DNA of 57,625 nucleotides from positions 1-57,625 of the IMG/VR virus record IMGVR_UViG_3300036770_005327, one strand, 5' to 3'. Positions 10,293-20,431 of this stretch are shown here, one piece after another. The notes under the pieces were generated by a model that had not been told where the DNA came from, ran no database searches, and saw only the letters and a list, made by a program, of their open reading frames with translations. The stretch is from a virus (Duplodnaviria > Caudoviricetes). The position numbers and the translations under genes are program-made. How positions within the stretch are numbered: position 1 is the first letter of the stretch; the number at the start of each line of letters is the position of its first letter.

Positions 10293-10928
10293 CTACCGCA
10301 TCGCCTGATCAGCTTGCATTTTGATGCCGAGCGCTTCATTAAAAGAAATCAGGTGCATCCGGGCGCGGCCATCGCCGCCCTGGACAAACTTGCCCACTTT
10401 AGAGAAACCACGAAACAGGATGTAATCAAGCACCGGGTTGTAGTACACATCATCAATGGGCATTTGTGCCGTGGGCACTTGAGCCGGAGTGATTTGTGGT
10501 GGCACATAGGAATAACTAATCAGCACTTTTGTAGCTGCAGCCACTGCAGGGTAAAGATAAAAATTCTTTGGATCGCGCTGGTCATAGATATAGTGCTGAG
10601 CAACGCCCACCGGCGCAGCCTGCGAATGCCAATCAGGCCGACTACTGTCCATCAGGGCCATATCCATTTCTGTGATACTGCGCTTATCAGCGCCTTCATT
10701 GCGCAGTACGCGAATAAGGCGCAGCGCGTCAGCTGGCAATTGCTGCAAAGTCCCAAGCACACAGTTAAGAACCAGCTGCTTTGCATGTGCATCAGGCCTG
10801 GCTGCAATCACCGCTAAGATAGCGGCGTTATACCAACCGGCTAATTCTTCTTCTATCCAGAACGTTTTTTCAGTGTCAACCAGCGTATGCCGGGCCTGAT
10901 CAAGGATCGTTTTAACTGCAACAGCCAT
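10293..10928 (-). CDS. Head-tail adaptor (DUF6682-like)
   Basis: 211 aa; W.EEELAGWYNAA..RPDA and YDQRDPKNFYLYP; syntenic with 933W-type phages. Confidence 0.75.
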   Translation of the reverse strand: MAVAVKTILDQARHTLVDTEKTFWIEEELAGWYNAAILAVIAARPDAHAKQLVLNCVLGTLQQLPADALRLIRVLRNEGADKRSITEMDMALMDSSRPDWHSQAAPVGVAQHYIYDQRDPKNFYLYPAVAAATKVLISYSYVPPQITPAQVPTAQMPIDDVYYNPVLDYILFRGFSKVGKFVQGGDGRARMHLISFNEALGIKMQADQAMR

Positions 10929-10937
10929 GGTGTTACC

Positions 10938-11498
10938 TTAAAAAAATTGGTGCTTGGTTTGGGCTTCATAAATCCGCGCGGCTTTGTTCAACGAGAACTG
11001 CACTGCATCACTGCAGCCGCTGTCGAACATGCTTTGGTAGCGTTCAATTTGATGTTTGCTAAGAGCCCAGGCCTTTTTCTCGTCCTGGCCTAAGTCAGCA
11101 GCAGCGCCCATACAAATTTCACTGCGATAGCGGTCGTAGATATCTCTATCGACGGTTTGAACGTCAGCCGTTGGGAACACGGAAAGAACAACTTTAAGAT
11201 GACCGGTCATCCGCTTTTTCAGGCGGATGCTGTCGCCATCCAGTTCGAAATGCGTACCTTCCGTCAGGGGGTTGCCATCCATGGCGGCTGCAACAATAGA
11301 ATTGATCCGGGTATGTTCCGGCGTGGTCAGCTCCAGACTGGTGAAATGGCTGGCCACCTGAAATTGATTTTCATGTTGCCAGCAGTAACTTTGCTTACAG
11401 TGCGTGGCAATTGCATCAAGGACGGCCTCCCGCGCCAGGAACCACGGAACCTGAATATATCGGTTCAGGGTTCTTTCAAATTGCTGCAGCTCGACCAT
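10938..11498 (-). CDS. Virion structural (adaptor-like) protein
   Basis: 186 aa; syntenic position after the capsid genes. Confidence 0.65.
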   Translation of the reverse strand: MVELQQFERTLNRYIQVPWFLAREAVLDAIATHCKQSYCWQHENQFQVASHFTSLELTTPEHTRINSIVAAAMDGNPLTEGTHFELDGDSIRLKKRMTGHLKVVLSVFPTADVQTVDRDIYDRYRSEICMGAAADLGQDEKKAWALSKHQIERYQSMFDSGCSDAVQFSLNKAARIYEAQTKHQFF

Positions 11499-11989
11499 TA
11501 CTGATCACCTGCAGGTTGTTGTTGTGCGGCCCACAGTGCTTGCGCTTTTTCAGGGTTATCAAGCAAATACTTGGTATAGGCCTCCACAACGGTGGATTCC
11601 ATATCCGCACGCAGATCCGTCGAAGATAGAGTCAACCCCAGAGTTTTCACCAGCTCATGTTGTTCGACGCTTTCTTTTCTTGGGAAATTACGCAGCTCAA
11701 CTCTGAGCTTGTGAGCTTGGTCACTGACAAATGAGCCGTGAATAAACTCTGCCGGCTTTACTACTGGCTCAACAACTTGTTCGCCATTCACAAAACGCTC
11801 CCATTTTGGTGATTCAGACAGGCAATAGACATCCGGGTGCAAGTGGCACATTTGATTGGCAACCGATGATGGCACCATTTGTACTTCACCCGGCATCCAG
11901 GTCAGATTGGTGCCATAAATCGTGTCACGCTTGATTGACTTGGTGCCGAGATAACCGACACCGGTATAGATAATTGCATTGATGCTCAT
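11498..11989 (-). CDS. Hypothetical head-module protein
   Basis: 163 aa; YLGTKSIKRDTIYGTNLTW motif; syntenic position. Confidence 0.65.
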   Translation of the reverse strand: MSINAIIYTGVGYLGTKSIKRDTIYGTNLTWMPGEVQMVPSSVANQMCHLHPDVYCLSESPKWERFVNGEQVVEPVVKPAEFIHGSFVSDQAHKLRVELRNFPRKESVEQHELVKTLGLTLSSTDLRADMESTVVEAYTKYLLDNPEKAQALWAAQQQPAGDQ

Positions 11990-12046
11990 TCATGAATTCC
12001 TGAGGTTCTTAAGAGAACGGCAGAGCAAGCCCTGCCGGATTGGTGC

Positions 12047-12463
12047 TTACAGCTTGTGACTGACACCGGTAGAGCGGTATTCAACCAGGACGTCATAGCG
12101 GCCTGTTTGCACCGCACCTTTGACCGTCAGAATGAGTTGTGAGCGGGTATCAACGACCACAGGCACACCTTCGAATTTTTTAACACCAGCGGTAGCAGAT
12201 GCTGCGACGGCCAAAAATTCAGTAGGTTTGCTTGCAGTGCCATCCATAGGTGCAATACCTAAGTCAAACGTTGCGTTCGCGCCCATGGCAGCGTGATTGA
12301 CCCGGATTTCATCAATCGTCATACCGGCATCAAAGGTGCCTAAAATCACGACTTCATTGATTGGCGCGGCAGCGAGCTGGACGAACAAATGACTACGACT
12401 GGCATTGCCATGAGCGCCGAGGTAGTGTTTTGCGGTAGAGGTAGGTGCGTTAATTGGCATCAC
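12047..12463 (-). CDS. Capsid decoration/cement-like protein
   Basis: 138 aa, beta-rich, directly after the major capsid gene. Confidence 0.65.
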   Translation of the reverse strand: MMPINAPTSTAKHYLGAHGNASRSHLFVQLAAAPINEVVILGTFDAGMTIDEIRVNHAAMGANATFDLGIAPMDGTASKPTEFLAVAASATAGVKKFEGVPVVVDTRSQLILTVKGAVQTGRYDVLVEYRSTGVSHKL

Positions 12464-12481
12464 CGATTCCTTTTTTAAGTG

Positions 12482-12510
12482 AAAAAAAAGGGAGCAAATG
12501 AAATGCTCCC
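12482..12510 (-). terminator. Rho-independent terminator after the capsid gene
   Basis: GGGAGCA/TGCTCCC stem followed by T8 on the minus strand. Confidence 0.8.
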
Positions 12511-12518
12511 GTTTGTAC

Positions 12519-13727
12519 TTAGTTGCCTACGGCCGTATCAACGATAATCCGGCCATGGTCGTGCAACACGCCATCCCGATCGCGGAATTGCAGGGCTTTT
12601 TTGCCATTGCAATACCCGATGGTGTATTCCTTGATGTTGCCGTTATCCTTCTCATCTTCCCGGATAGAGAAGTGACTGTTGGCCGTTTTGGTGCGGCCAT
12701 GGGCATAGGCCAGGGCTTGTGAACCCAGCAGGAAAGCCCGCTCGATGTTGACCGATGCAGTCTGCAATGTGGTGGTCGCGTCGGCGTTGTTCTGCGACAC
12801 GCGGACCTGAGAGCCGGCATTAAACCGGATCCGGCGGTTCATCCGGCGGACCATGATTTTGTCTTTCATCAGGTAGTCGCCAGTGAACAGCGGATGCTTG
12901 AAGCCTTTTGAGCGGTTCATTGCACTGGCAACCAGCTTGTTAAAGTCAGCGGTGCTTGATTGGTTCTGCAGATCACGCCACTGACGAGGCGTGACAAACA
13001 GGATATAGAACGGGTTTTCATCCGCAGCTTCATCGCCTGCCAGGGCAACGTGCTTGATTGGACTTGCCATTTCCTGCAGGTACAGGGACAGGTTATCGAT
13101 CGTAGTCAGAGACATTAAATCAGAGCTGTCGATGTTTTGTACTGAGGTTGCATCACCGCCGTAAAAATGGCGTGAGAATGTCGGCGGCACTACAGGGTTG
13201 ACCATGATTTCAGCGTATTCAGGGTCTGTTTCCAGCGGCACGATCAGGTTTGAGTTGTAATCAGAACCCCGAGCGCCGGCCAGGTGGTAGAGCGTGGTTT
13301 CTTCATCCAGGTCTTTATACCAGGACTTGAGCAGCGCCTGGGCAATTTGGTTGATCGGCTGTCCAATGGTTTGGACAAACATCGCACCACCGTTATCAAC
13401 CACGTGACGACCTTGGTTAATACCGACCGTATCCTGGGCGAATGTCATGGTATCTGAACGATTTTCCACACGTCTATCGCCCATCGTCGGCCGGCCGGTG
13501 AGCCGGTGCACGATGTCCACCGTCACCTGCTGACCAGGTTGTGTGGTTAAGTCAGTGACGCGAACAATTGGCGCGCCGGAATCGGTTTGCATTTTGCCGA
13601 TTTCAGCAATGCCTTTTGGTGCTGGGCCCGTCAACATATTGGTCATGTTGTGGGTCCGGGTCGCGGCAGCAAAAAGCGCCGCGTTACGAATAATCGGCGT
13701 TAACGCCGGTGTTTTTTGTACTGGCAT
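12519..13727 (-). CDS. Major capsid protein (DUF4043 / N4-gp56 family)
   Basis: 402 aa; APIVRVTDL, PTMGDRRVE, HLAGARG, HPLFTGD, RAFLLGSQALAYAHG, DHGRIIVDTAV. Confidence 0.93.
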   Translation of the reverse strand: MPVQKTPALTPIIRNAALFAAATRTHNMTNMLTGPAPKGIAEIGKMQTDSGAPIVRVTDLTTQPGQQVTVDIVHRLTGRPTMGDRRVENRSDTMTFAQDTVGINQGRHVVDNGGAMFVQTIGQPINQIAQALLKSWYKDLDEETTLYHLAGARGSDYNSNLIVPLETDPEYAEIMVNPVVPPTFSRHFYGGDATSVQNIDSSDLMSLTTIDNLSLYLQEMASPIKHVALAGDEAADENPFYILFVTPRQWRDLQNQSSTADFNKLVASAMNRSKGFKHPLFTGDYLMKDKIMVRRMNRRIRFNAGSQVRVSQNNADATTTLQTASVNIERAFLLGSQALAYAHGRTKTANSHFSIREDEKDNGNIKEYTIGYCNGKKALQFRDRDGVLHDHGRIIVDTAVGN

Positions 13728-13750
13728 TTCAGTTTCCTAAATGAATATGG

Positions 13751-14755
13751 TTAAAAACCAAGAGCAGCCAACACCCGGTCTTGCTCTGCAGAGGACATAC
13801 TGTTCAGGCGGTGCTGGATCTGGGCTTCGGTTAAACCTTCGAATTGTTTTTCAATGGGTGCTGTCACGTCTGACGTCGTACCGGGGATCCCGCTCAGTGA
13901 GAACGGCGGGTCAATGTCATCGACATTGATATCTTTTTTGTTCTGCTTGGCGGGTTGCTTAAGGATGGCCGGTGCCATCTGGCGCATCACTTCGCTGAAC
14001 CGTTCTTGCAGTGGTTTGTCTTGCCAGGCTTTATCGCCCCGCAAGCGCACATCAATTGCAGTTGCCTGGGCGCGCAAGCTTGGGTCTTGCATCACTTCTC
14101 GAAGACCTTCGACCTGATCAATTGTCTTTTCGACAACTGAGGTTGGAGAGTCATCTTCAACAGGCGCAGCGGCTTTGGCCGTAGCCGGCTGAGCCTGTTG
14201 TGTCAGTTGTTGCTGGAGCTGCGCGACCAGTCTTTCAGTGGCCAGTAGTTTGTGACCCAGCTTTTGGGCCACAGCGCCGACATCACCGTATTCTTCGAGC
14301 TCATCAAGCTCCTTTGCAGTCAAGGTCATTTCAGAGGGCAACTGGGCGGGAGTGAGCCCCGCTTTTTTCAGCTGTTCAGCTAACAAATCCGCTTTTTGAG
14401 ATGTGGCCTGATGCAACTCGGCAAGGTTCTTTGCCTCCTGCAACTGGCGTTCACTATCTTCAAGCTGTTGCTTCAACTGCTGCTTTTCGAGCCGCTCTTT
14501 TTCCAGGACGTCAAAAGGAATGACGTGTTCACCATTTTTAGACAGGATCCCAGCTGGTAGTGCTGGACTGTTTTCGTCGCCATCTTCCTGAGGCGTTTTT
14601 GTCGCTGGCTTGCCGGTGGACGGCACGGCGTCTTCTACGTCCATTTCTTGGCCATCGAGATATTGGATTGCGCGCTCGATATTGTCGGGATCGCCGCTAT
14701 TTAACAGCGCTTCAATGTCTTGTTCGCTCAATACATTTGTCATGTGAAACTCCAA
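13751..14755 (-). CDS. Capsid scaffolding protein
   Basis: 334 aa, acidic coiled coil, ILSKNGEHVIPFDVLE; between portal and capsid. Confidence 0.75.
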   Translation of the reverse strand: MEFHMTNVLSEQDIEALLNSGDPDNIERAIQYLDGQEMDVEDAVPSTGKPATKTPQEDGDENSPALPAGILSKNGEHVIPFDVLEKERLEKQQLKQQLEDSERQLQEAKNLAELHQATSQKADLLAEQLKKAGLTPAQLPSEMTLTAKELDELEEYGDVGAVAQKLGHKLLATERLVAQLQQQLTQQAQPATAKAAAPVEDDSPTSVVEKTIDQVEGLREVMQDPSLRAQATAIDVRLRGDKAWQDKPLQERFSEVMRQMAPAILKQPAKQNKKDINVDDIDPPFSLSGIPGTTSDVTAPIEKQFEGLTEAQIQHRLNSMSSAEQDRVLAALGF

Positions 14756-14801
14756 TGCAAAAAGCCGCAGAAGCGGCTTAGAAGGTGTGGTGTGTGGTCA
14801 G

Positions 14802-16928
14802 TTATGCAGCGGCGGGGACGTTCGCCATCATGCGTTTAATCAGGGCGTCTAAGTTGGCGCGCTGGTCAGCACTGTGCTGCTGACTCTGGATATCCTGTTG
14901 CTGAACCATGCCTGTTATTTTTGCCAGGATTTCTTTGGCTCTTGCGGCCATCAGTGCCGGCGCTTCCTGTTCAGTTTGTGCTTTACGGCTGGCCAGCTCG
15001 GCATTCGCTGCAGCCAGTTCAGCTTGTGATTGTGTCAGCTGCGCTTTGGCTTGGGCTTCGGCCAACACGGCTTGCTGCGTTGCCATTTCAACAGCCAGCG
15101 CCATTTGCTGACGTTGCTGTGCAGCGGCATGCTCGGCTCTGGCGGCTTCGTCCATTTCGTTTGGATCAACGCCTTGGCCAATGGCCTGCTGAATTTTCTT
15201 CATCAGCTCCGCTTTGCGCGGTAACTCTGATAATTCCAGAATGTCATTGAGTAAAATCAGCTTGATGTTATCTGGCACTGTGGCCGCCAACGCCATCAGG
15301 CGTTCCAGCATCTGAGCACGATAACCAGGCGAACTGGAGATATCAGCCAGGACAACTTTGCGGCTGAGCATACTGACCTGATTATTGACTTCACCGGTAT
15401 CCGCGCGCTGATTCAGGATCAACGTTTCGGTTTTCTTCATTGGATTGCTGGCATAGACCTTGACCTGCCGTTCTTCATTGCCGATATCCTCGGCAATCAG
15501 ATTCAACAGCAGATTACCAACCAGCTGCTTGCCCGTTCTGAAGTTGTCGTAAAGCTCTGCCATCGTGACAGTGCCCTGTTCCACCAAGCTATTGATGGCA
15601 ATACCGGATGTTGCCCCACCTTCACTACGGCCAAGCATCGCGTTGTAGACACCAGACACAGACTGGATCTGCTTTTCGGCGTCCTGCATGACCTGGAACT
15701 GCTGGGCAGCGATGTTGGATTCATCCCGGATCTTAAATCCGCTTTCTTTATTCTTGCGGTTGGGGTTCAGTTTGATGATGCCATCGACCCGAGCAACGGC
15801 GCTATGCAGCTCAGTGTCTGTCATCGCTACGGCGTCAGAATCCATGATCACCTGGCGCGCTTTTAACAGCCAGGTCAGGGTGCTGCGCCGGAAATTCAGT
15901 TCGTCTTGTGGCCCCATCATGGCGCGGATCAAGCCATACGGCACACGGCTTCGACCCTCGCGATAGCCGAAGAACGGCACCACAGGGAACTCATTATGCG
16001 GGTATGGCGAAGGGCCATCATGGATAAGATGTGGACCTAAATAAATCGCTCTAAACATCCGGGCATAACGGGTGGTTTTCAGCTGGACATGGCCAGCATT
16101 CACCAAGGAGCGATGCAACGGATTGTTTTTGTTAAACAACGCCGTTTCACCGTTACGCGATACCATGGCTTGGCCAACATCGAACTTACGGTAATAGATA
16201 TCAAAAAACCTGACGCGCCGGCGCAGGCTGTCATTCCACTGCTCATTGGTCAGCAATGAACTTTGCGACGTGATTTGCCAGCCAGCCACCAAATCAGGAT
16301 TTACCTGATGGCTATCAAGCGTGAGCAATGCAGGCCAGCCGTCGAGACAACCTTTCACCAGATCTTTATGCTTCGGAGCCACCAGTAGCGCTTGGTCTTC
16401 ATCCATCCAGCGCTCAATCACGACATAACGGCAGTCTTTCCAATCGGCGCGCCGGCTACGCCAATCCCACCACACACTTGTCCAGTCGAGCGTATCCACA
16501 ATGTAGGGATCACCAAACAAGTCATCATTGCGGCGCACTTCAACAAAACCGGCACCGCTTTTAACCTGGCATGCAAATGCGTCAGAGTTGGCGCGGTCAG
16601 CGCCTGACATTCGGGCCGCTTCGTTCAACCGCTCGTTTAAGTATTCGTTGACCAGTGCGCCTTCTTCATCATCTGCGCGGACCTGCCAATCTGTCCGGCT
16701 TTTAGCTTCCATGCCTAAGACGCCGTTGATGGTCGGCGCGACATAGTTATTGATGATCACGGGCTGACCGCGTTCACGCATCGCCTGTTCAACTTCTGGA
16801 AGTAAATGCCGGCCTTCGTAGTAGGCTTCTGCAACAGCGGCTTCTGTGCGCCATTCTGGTTGCTGATGCAAATCTGATAGCAGATTTTCAATCAGGGATT
16901 GTTTTCGATAGGCGGTCATAACATCCAA
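14802..16928 (-). CDS. Portal protein
   Basis: 708 aa; RGQPVIINNYVAPTINGVLGMEAKSRTDW, FPVVPFFGYR, SGIAINSLVEQG; long C-terminal helical barrel. Confidence 0.92.
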   Translation of the reverse strand: MDVMTAYRKQSLIENLLSDLHQQPEWRTEAAVAEAYYEGRHLLPEVEQAMRERGQPVIINNYVAPTINGVLGMEAKSRTDWQVRADDEEGALVNEYLNERLNEAARMSGADRANSDAFACQVKSGAGFVEVRRNDDLFGDPYIVDTLDWTSVWWDWRSRRADWKDCRYVVIERWMDEDQALLVAPKHKDLVKGCLDGWPALLTLDSHQVNPDLVAGWQITSQSSLLTNEQWNDSLRRRVRFFDIYYRKFDVGQAMVSRNGETALFNKNNPLHRSLVNAGHVQLKTTRYARMFRAIYLGPHLIHDGPSPYPHNEFPVVPFFGYREGRSRVPYGLIRAMMGPQDELNFRRSTLTWLLKARQVIMDSDAVAMTDTELHSAVARVDGIIKLNPNRKNKESGFKIRDESNIAAQQFQVMQDAEKQIQSVSGVYNAMLGRSEGGATSGIAINSLVEQGTVTMAELYDNFRTGKQLVGNLLLNLIAEDIGNEERQVKVYASNPMKKTETLILNQRADTGEVNNQVSMLSRKVVLADISSSPGYRAQMLERLMALAATVPDNIKLILLNDILELSELPRKAELMKKIQQAIGQGVDPNEMDEAARAEHAAAQQRQQMALAVEMATQQAVLAEAQAKAQLTQSQAELAAANAELASRKAQTEQEAPALMAARAKEILAKITGMVQQQDIQSQQHSADQRANLDALIKRMMANVPAAA

Positions 16929-18610
16929 CTTTGGGTTTTTACTTGCTGCACAGGCGCGAACTTGGTTCGCGGCATTTTTTTATTCATTTCAAGAGCAATG
17001 GCATACGACATTACTTTGTCGTCGAAACAACCTTCCCGCGCCCCCATCTTTCCGGTGGACGCATAGACATAAGTCATGGACTGGTCGATGGTGTGCATAC
17101 ACAAAATGCCTGTGTTTTCGTCCAGGATGAGATCACCAAAATAGCCAATGATGATTGGCTTACTTTTCGATGTGGTCAGCCAGCCGACTTTTTCAGTTTC
17201 CCGCTCGTGGCTTTCCTCCAATTCTTCCTGCTTATAAAGATTGGGGTAGTCCAGGTCTTTGAGCTTTTGCACCACAGCATGGCCATGGTTGTTTCGTTCA
17301 ACGCCTAAAAATGCGTTGTTGTAGTAACGACCAAGCTTGTTCAGCAAAAAGCCAAACGAGCTGACCTCAATTTTTCCGTGAAAGGTGGCGACCTGAGTCC
17401 CCTGCTCGTTGAGCACATCCACTGAAGAAAAGTCACCAATCTCTAAACCTTCGGAGACGTCAGCGCCGGCGGAATAAAGTTCGCCGGGGATAGGTTCGGC
17501 CCAAATCTGAATGAGTCCGGACACCGAATCAAAGTCATAGGATTTCGGGTCATTCGGATCATCAACTTCAATGCTTTCAACGTTTCGCTCAACATCAAGC
17601 GAATCTGCATCACGGCTGTATCGCATGAGCTTGATAGGCAAGCGGCAGTAGTTCTTGGCTTCGACCAGTTTGGGGATATCAAACACTGGCCGACCTGATG
17701 CCAGGAATGCTTCGTGCACGTAGCTCGGATATTCCTGCTTAAACAAATCGGAGCTTTTAAGCTCTTTGATTTTTTTCCGGCGCCAGGCAAGTTGGCCATC
17801 GGTAATGTCATGCTTAAATTCAGCGCCATCAGGATGGTTGGCTATCATTGCCGCCAGGGCAATTTCATCAGCGGTTCTGACAAACCCTGCCGGCACTTTA
17901 TCGGTGTAGCCGCTATCCCAATACCAGGGCGAGAAAATCAGAATAAACTCGCCATCTTTTTTGTACGCATCCATGACGTATTCATAGAACGTCCCGCCGA
18001 CACCGTTGGCGGTACTTTCTAAAATCACTTCCGTACCGGGTAAATCTGGTACGGCCTGCATGACACCGGCAAGGATTTGATCTGCAAACGGCCAGAAGGC
18101 AACTTCTGAGCCGTGGAAAAGCTGAGCGGTAAAACCCCGACCGCTGTCCGGGTTCTTGGCGGTGCCTAGTTCGTAGCTCGACTCTAAAGAGCTGAACTTC
18201 ATACCAAGCTTTTTGTTATCGCCGTCTTTGGTCGGCTTCACAAAATCGGGGCAATGGTCATGATATCGCTGGACCATTTCGTACAATTTGCCGGTGGTCT
18301 TACTTTCGTGCGATAAAATGAACGTGGAATAACCCACGGTTTCGGTGGTGATTTTGTAGTACCGCGCACCTATCCAGGTGCTGAACCCTTGCTGCCGGCC
18401 TTTGATAATGACAGCCCGGACCTTGCCGATTTCGCGCCGCTGACGCTCTACCCGCTCATGGGCATAAAGCTGCGCCTTGTTTAAAACAAACGGGGCCACT
18501 TGGCCCCGCTTTGTTCTGATCTTTAAAAACTTCTGTGCGAACCATTTAAACGCAGCTTTGCGTATGGTCCGCAGCTGCTCTTTGACAGCCAACGTTCTGA
18601 GGGTGGCCAT
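16916..18610 (-). CDS. terL: Terminase large subunit
   Basis: IIKGRQQGFST (Walker A), HGSEVAFW (Walker B), ESTANG, GADVSEG, ERNNHG, DDKVMSYAIA. Confidence 0.95.
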   Translation of the reverse strand: MATLRTLAVKEQLRTIRKAAFKWFAQKFLKIRTKRGQVAPFVLNKAQLYAHERVERQRREIGKVRAVIIKGRQQGFSTWIGARYYKITTETVGYSTFILSHESKTTGKLYEMVQRYHDHCPDFVKPTKDGDNKKLGMKFSSLESSYELGTAKNPDSGRGFTAQLFHGSEVAFWPFADQILAGVMQAVPDLPGTEVILESTANGVGGTFYEYVMDAYKKDGEFILIFSPWYWDSGYTDKVPAGFVRTADEIALAAMIANHPDGAEFKHDITDGQLAWRRKKIKELKSSDLFKQEYPSYVHEAFLASGRPVFDIPKLVEAKNYCRLPIKLMRYSRDADSLDVERNVESIEVDDPNDPKSYDFDSVSGLIQIWAEPIPGELYSAGADVSEGLEIGDFSSVDVLNEQGTQVATFHGKIEVSSFGFLLNKLGRYYNNAFLGVERNNHGHAVVQKLKDLDYPNLYKQEELEESHERETEKVGWLTTSKSKPIIIGYFGDLILDENTGILCMHTIDQSMTYVYASTGKMGAREGCFDDKVMSYAIALEMNKKMPRTKFAPVQQVKTQSWML

Positions 18611-19212
18611 TAACCTTCAGGCAATTCCTGATGTTCTTGGGCTTCTTCAGCCAACTCACGCAGCAATTGGTCAACGTCCACTTCATCTGGCTGGCCGTCT
18701 TCACTGATACCATAAGCGCGCCGTTCTTCTTTCACGTAGTCAGAAAATGCAGCCATCAGCTGACGGCCTTCCCCGATCGATGCACCCAATGATTTAGGCC
18801 GCATATGGAATGCGCCGGTTTCTTTGTCTTCCACCGCAACCAATAAATCATTACTTTGCGTGTGCAGGTGGTTGTTCAAACTGTTGAGGGTGTTGCCCAT
18901 CTTTTGTAAGAAGTGCTGATGCGCAGTGATGACGGCGACATTGATGGCTACGCGATCGGCTATCGCCTTTTCTTCATCATTCAGCGGCCTTGTGGTATCG
19001 ACGCCAAGGGCGGCTTTTGTCACCGCGATATTGGTTAATCGCTTCACTTCGGCCGACAGGTCACGCTCCCAATTGCCTTTTTTAATCCACTTAATAAGCG
19101 TGGTGTAAGGAATGCTGAGCTTACGCGCCACATCGGCAACACTGAGCGTAGCCGGCATAGCCCGGTACGCGCAGTGGATAGCTTCCATCTGTTCCTTCGA
19201 ATATTTCGCCAT
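18610..19212 (-). CDS. terS: Terminase small subunit
   Basis: N-terminal HTH (SVADVARKLSIPYTTLIKWIKKGNWERDL) and ERRAYGI; directly upstream of terL. Confidence 0.8.
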   Translation of the reverse strand: MAKYSKEQMEAIHCAYRAMPATLSVADVARKLSIPYTTLIKWIKKGNWERDLSAEVKRLTNIAVTKAALGVDTTRPLNDEEKAIADRVAINVAVITAHQHFLQKMGNTLNSLNNHLHTQSNDLLVAVEDKETGAFHMRPKSLGASIGEGRQLMAAFSDYVKEERRAYGISEDGQPDEVDVDQLLRELAEEAQEHQELPEG

Positions 19213-19439
19213 TACTTCTTAGTCAACTTCTCGATAACGTCCAAGTCTTTCCCCTGCAGTGACTGCAGAATGTCTTGCACTGTTTCTGTGGCCACAGCGT
19301 TGGTGGTCATGCTGGCCAGCTTTTGCAGACCCCAAACCACAACACGAGTGATAAAACGTTCAGCGACAATGCGCCAACCGACTTTGGCAATCATGGCCAA
19401 TAAGATTTCTTTTAATAGCGTCAGCGCGATTGTAGGCAT
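19212..19439 (-). CDS. Small amphipathic/membrane lysis-associated protein (75 aa)
   Basis: Likely start MPTIALTLLKEILL; follows the endolysin. Confidence 0.55.
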   Translation of the reverse strand: MPTIALTLLKEILLAMIAKVGWRIVAERFITRVVVWGLQKLASMTTNAVATETVQDILQSLQGKDLDVIEKLTKK

Positions 19440-19960
19440 GACAGGGCTCCTGTGAGGTTGAGAGTAGGCAAATCTGCAGACACTTTGCTTAAGTAGTCTT
19501 CCGGAGTGCCTTTTGCGTTTTTTGCATAGCTGTTGTAGTGCTGCTTCCAGTACAGGGCGCGGCCCTGAACAGTTTCTGGAATTGGCGCAGTCACAGCGCA
19601 ATAGCGCAGCCGGCAAAAGATCATCGACAGTAATGGGTTGTAGTCCAGGTCATCATGCGCAACGCGCTGAAGGTTAATGCCCAGGAACGCCATCAAGTCT
19701 TTCTCAATTTTGCTGCCTTTGAATTTCTCTTTGAGCCAGTCAAAAGTACCTAAATCGGTTTGGCATACACCACGGCCAGCACCATCTGGCGTGGGATCAC
19801 GGTATTCACCAAGTCGGGTTTCAGCGCTGGCAGTTTCCAGCAGCTGGTAAAATGTTGCGATTGGCTTTGCGCCAGGGATAATTTCAGTTACAACACAGGC
19901 GGTATCAACCAGCTGCTGTTTGCTGACGATGCCATAAAAACGTGGCTTGATATTTTTCAT
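19421..19960 (-). CDS. Putative endolysin (lysozyme-like fold)
   Basis: LLETASAETRLG, GRGVCQ, DLDYNPLLSMIFCRLRY and RALYWKQHYNS motifs; position in the lysis cassette. Confidence 0.7.
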   Translation of the reverse strand: MKNIKPRFYGIVSKQQLVDTACVVTEIIPGAKPIATFYQLLETASAETRLGEYRDPTPDGAGRGVCQTDLGTFDWLKEKFKGSKIEKDLMAFLGINLQRVAHDDLDYNPLLSMIFCRLRYCAVTAPIPETVQGRALYWKQHYNSYAKNAKGTPEDYLSKVSADLPTLNLTGALSCLQSR

Positions 19961-20262
19961 GGCGTGATCCCCAGCTTGGAATTAATTTTGATGAGCACAT
20001 CGTGCAACTGGCTCATGGAATGAAGATCGTGCTCAATGCGGTCCAGCTTGCCTTCGACGTTTTGAAATGAGACTTCAAGCGTTTCTTTGAGCCGTTCATA
20101 GGTCACATATTCTTTTGTGACATCGACATGCAGCTTGTGCACAAATTTCTTTGTGGTTTCAAGATCGTTCCCTAACGCATTAATCCGCGAAGAAATGCTG
20201 GCGAGGATCGCCAAAACAATCGTTACGAGAATTCCGCAAACGGTTAAGACGGCTTCCATCAT
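19957..20262 (-). CDS. Putative holin/antiholin-like protein (1 TM plus coiled coil)
   Basis: Likely start MMEAVLTVCGILV after a GGAG RBS; first gene of the late operon. Confidence 0.5.
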   Translation of the reverse strand: MMEAVLTVCGILVTIVLAILASISSRINALGNDLETTKKFVHKLHVDVTKEYVTYERLKETLEVSFQNVEGKLDRIEHDLHSMSQLHDVLIKINSKLGITP

Positions 20263-20276
20263 TTTCTCCGGGCAAT

Positions 20277-20306
20277 AAAAAAGGCCGATGCTGTTAAACA
20301 TCGGCC
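20277..20306 (-). terminator. tR'-like terminator between the late promoter and the lysis genes
   Basis: GGCCGATG/CATCGGCC stem plus T run on the minus strand. Confidence 0.75.
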
Positions 20307-20371
20307 CTGAGCGCTGTTGTACGACAAACTACTGTGCTATCGCCGTAAAGGACACTAACGACGATGGCTGA

Positions 20372-20401
20372 AAGATAGCAAAGCTCCGCCAAGCTTTGCA
20401 A
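20372..20401 (-). promoter_or_regulatory. pR'-like late promoter
   Basis: TTGCAA-N18-TATCTT, about 65 bp before a terminator and downstream of a Q-like gene. Confidence 0.55.
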
Positions 20402-20402
20402 C

Positions 20403-20431
20403 TCATTTTGATATAAATAAAATCAAAATGA
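20403..20431. promoter_or_regulatory. Paired operator box 1
   Basis: TCATTTTGA-N11-TCAAAATGA. Confidence 0.75.
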
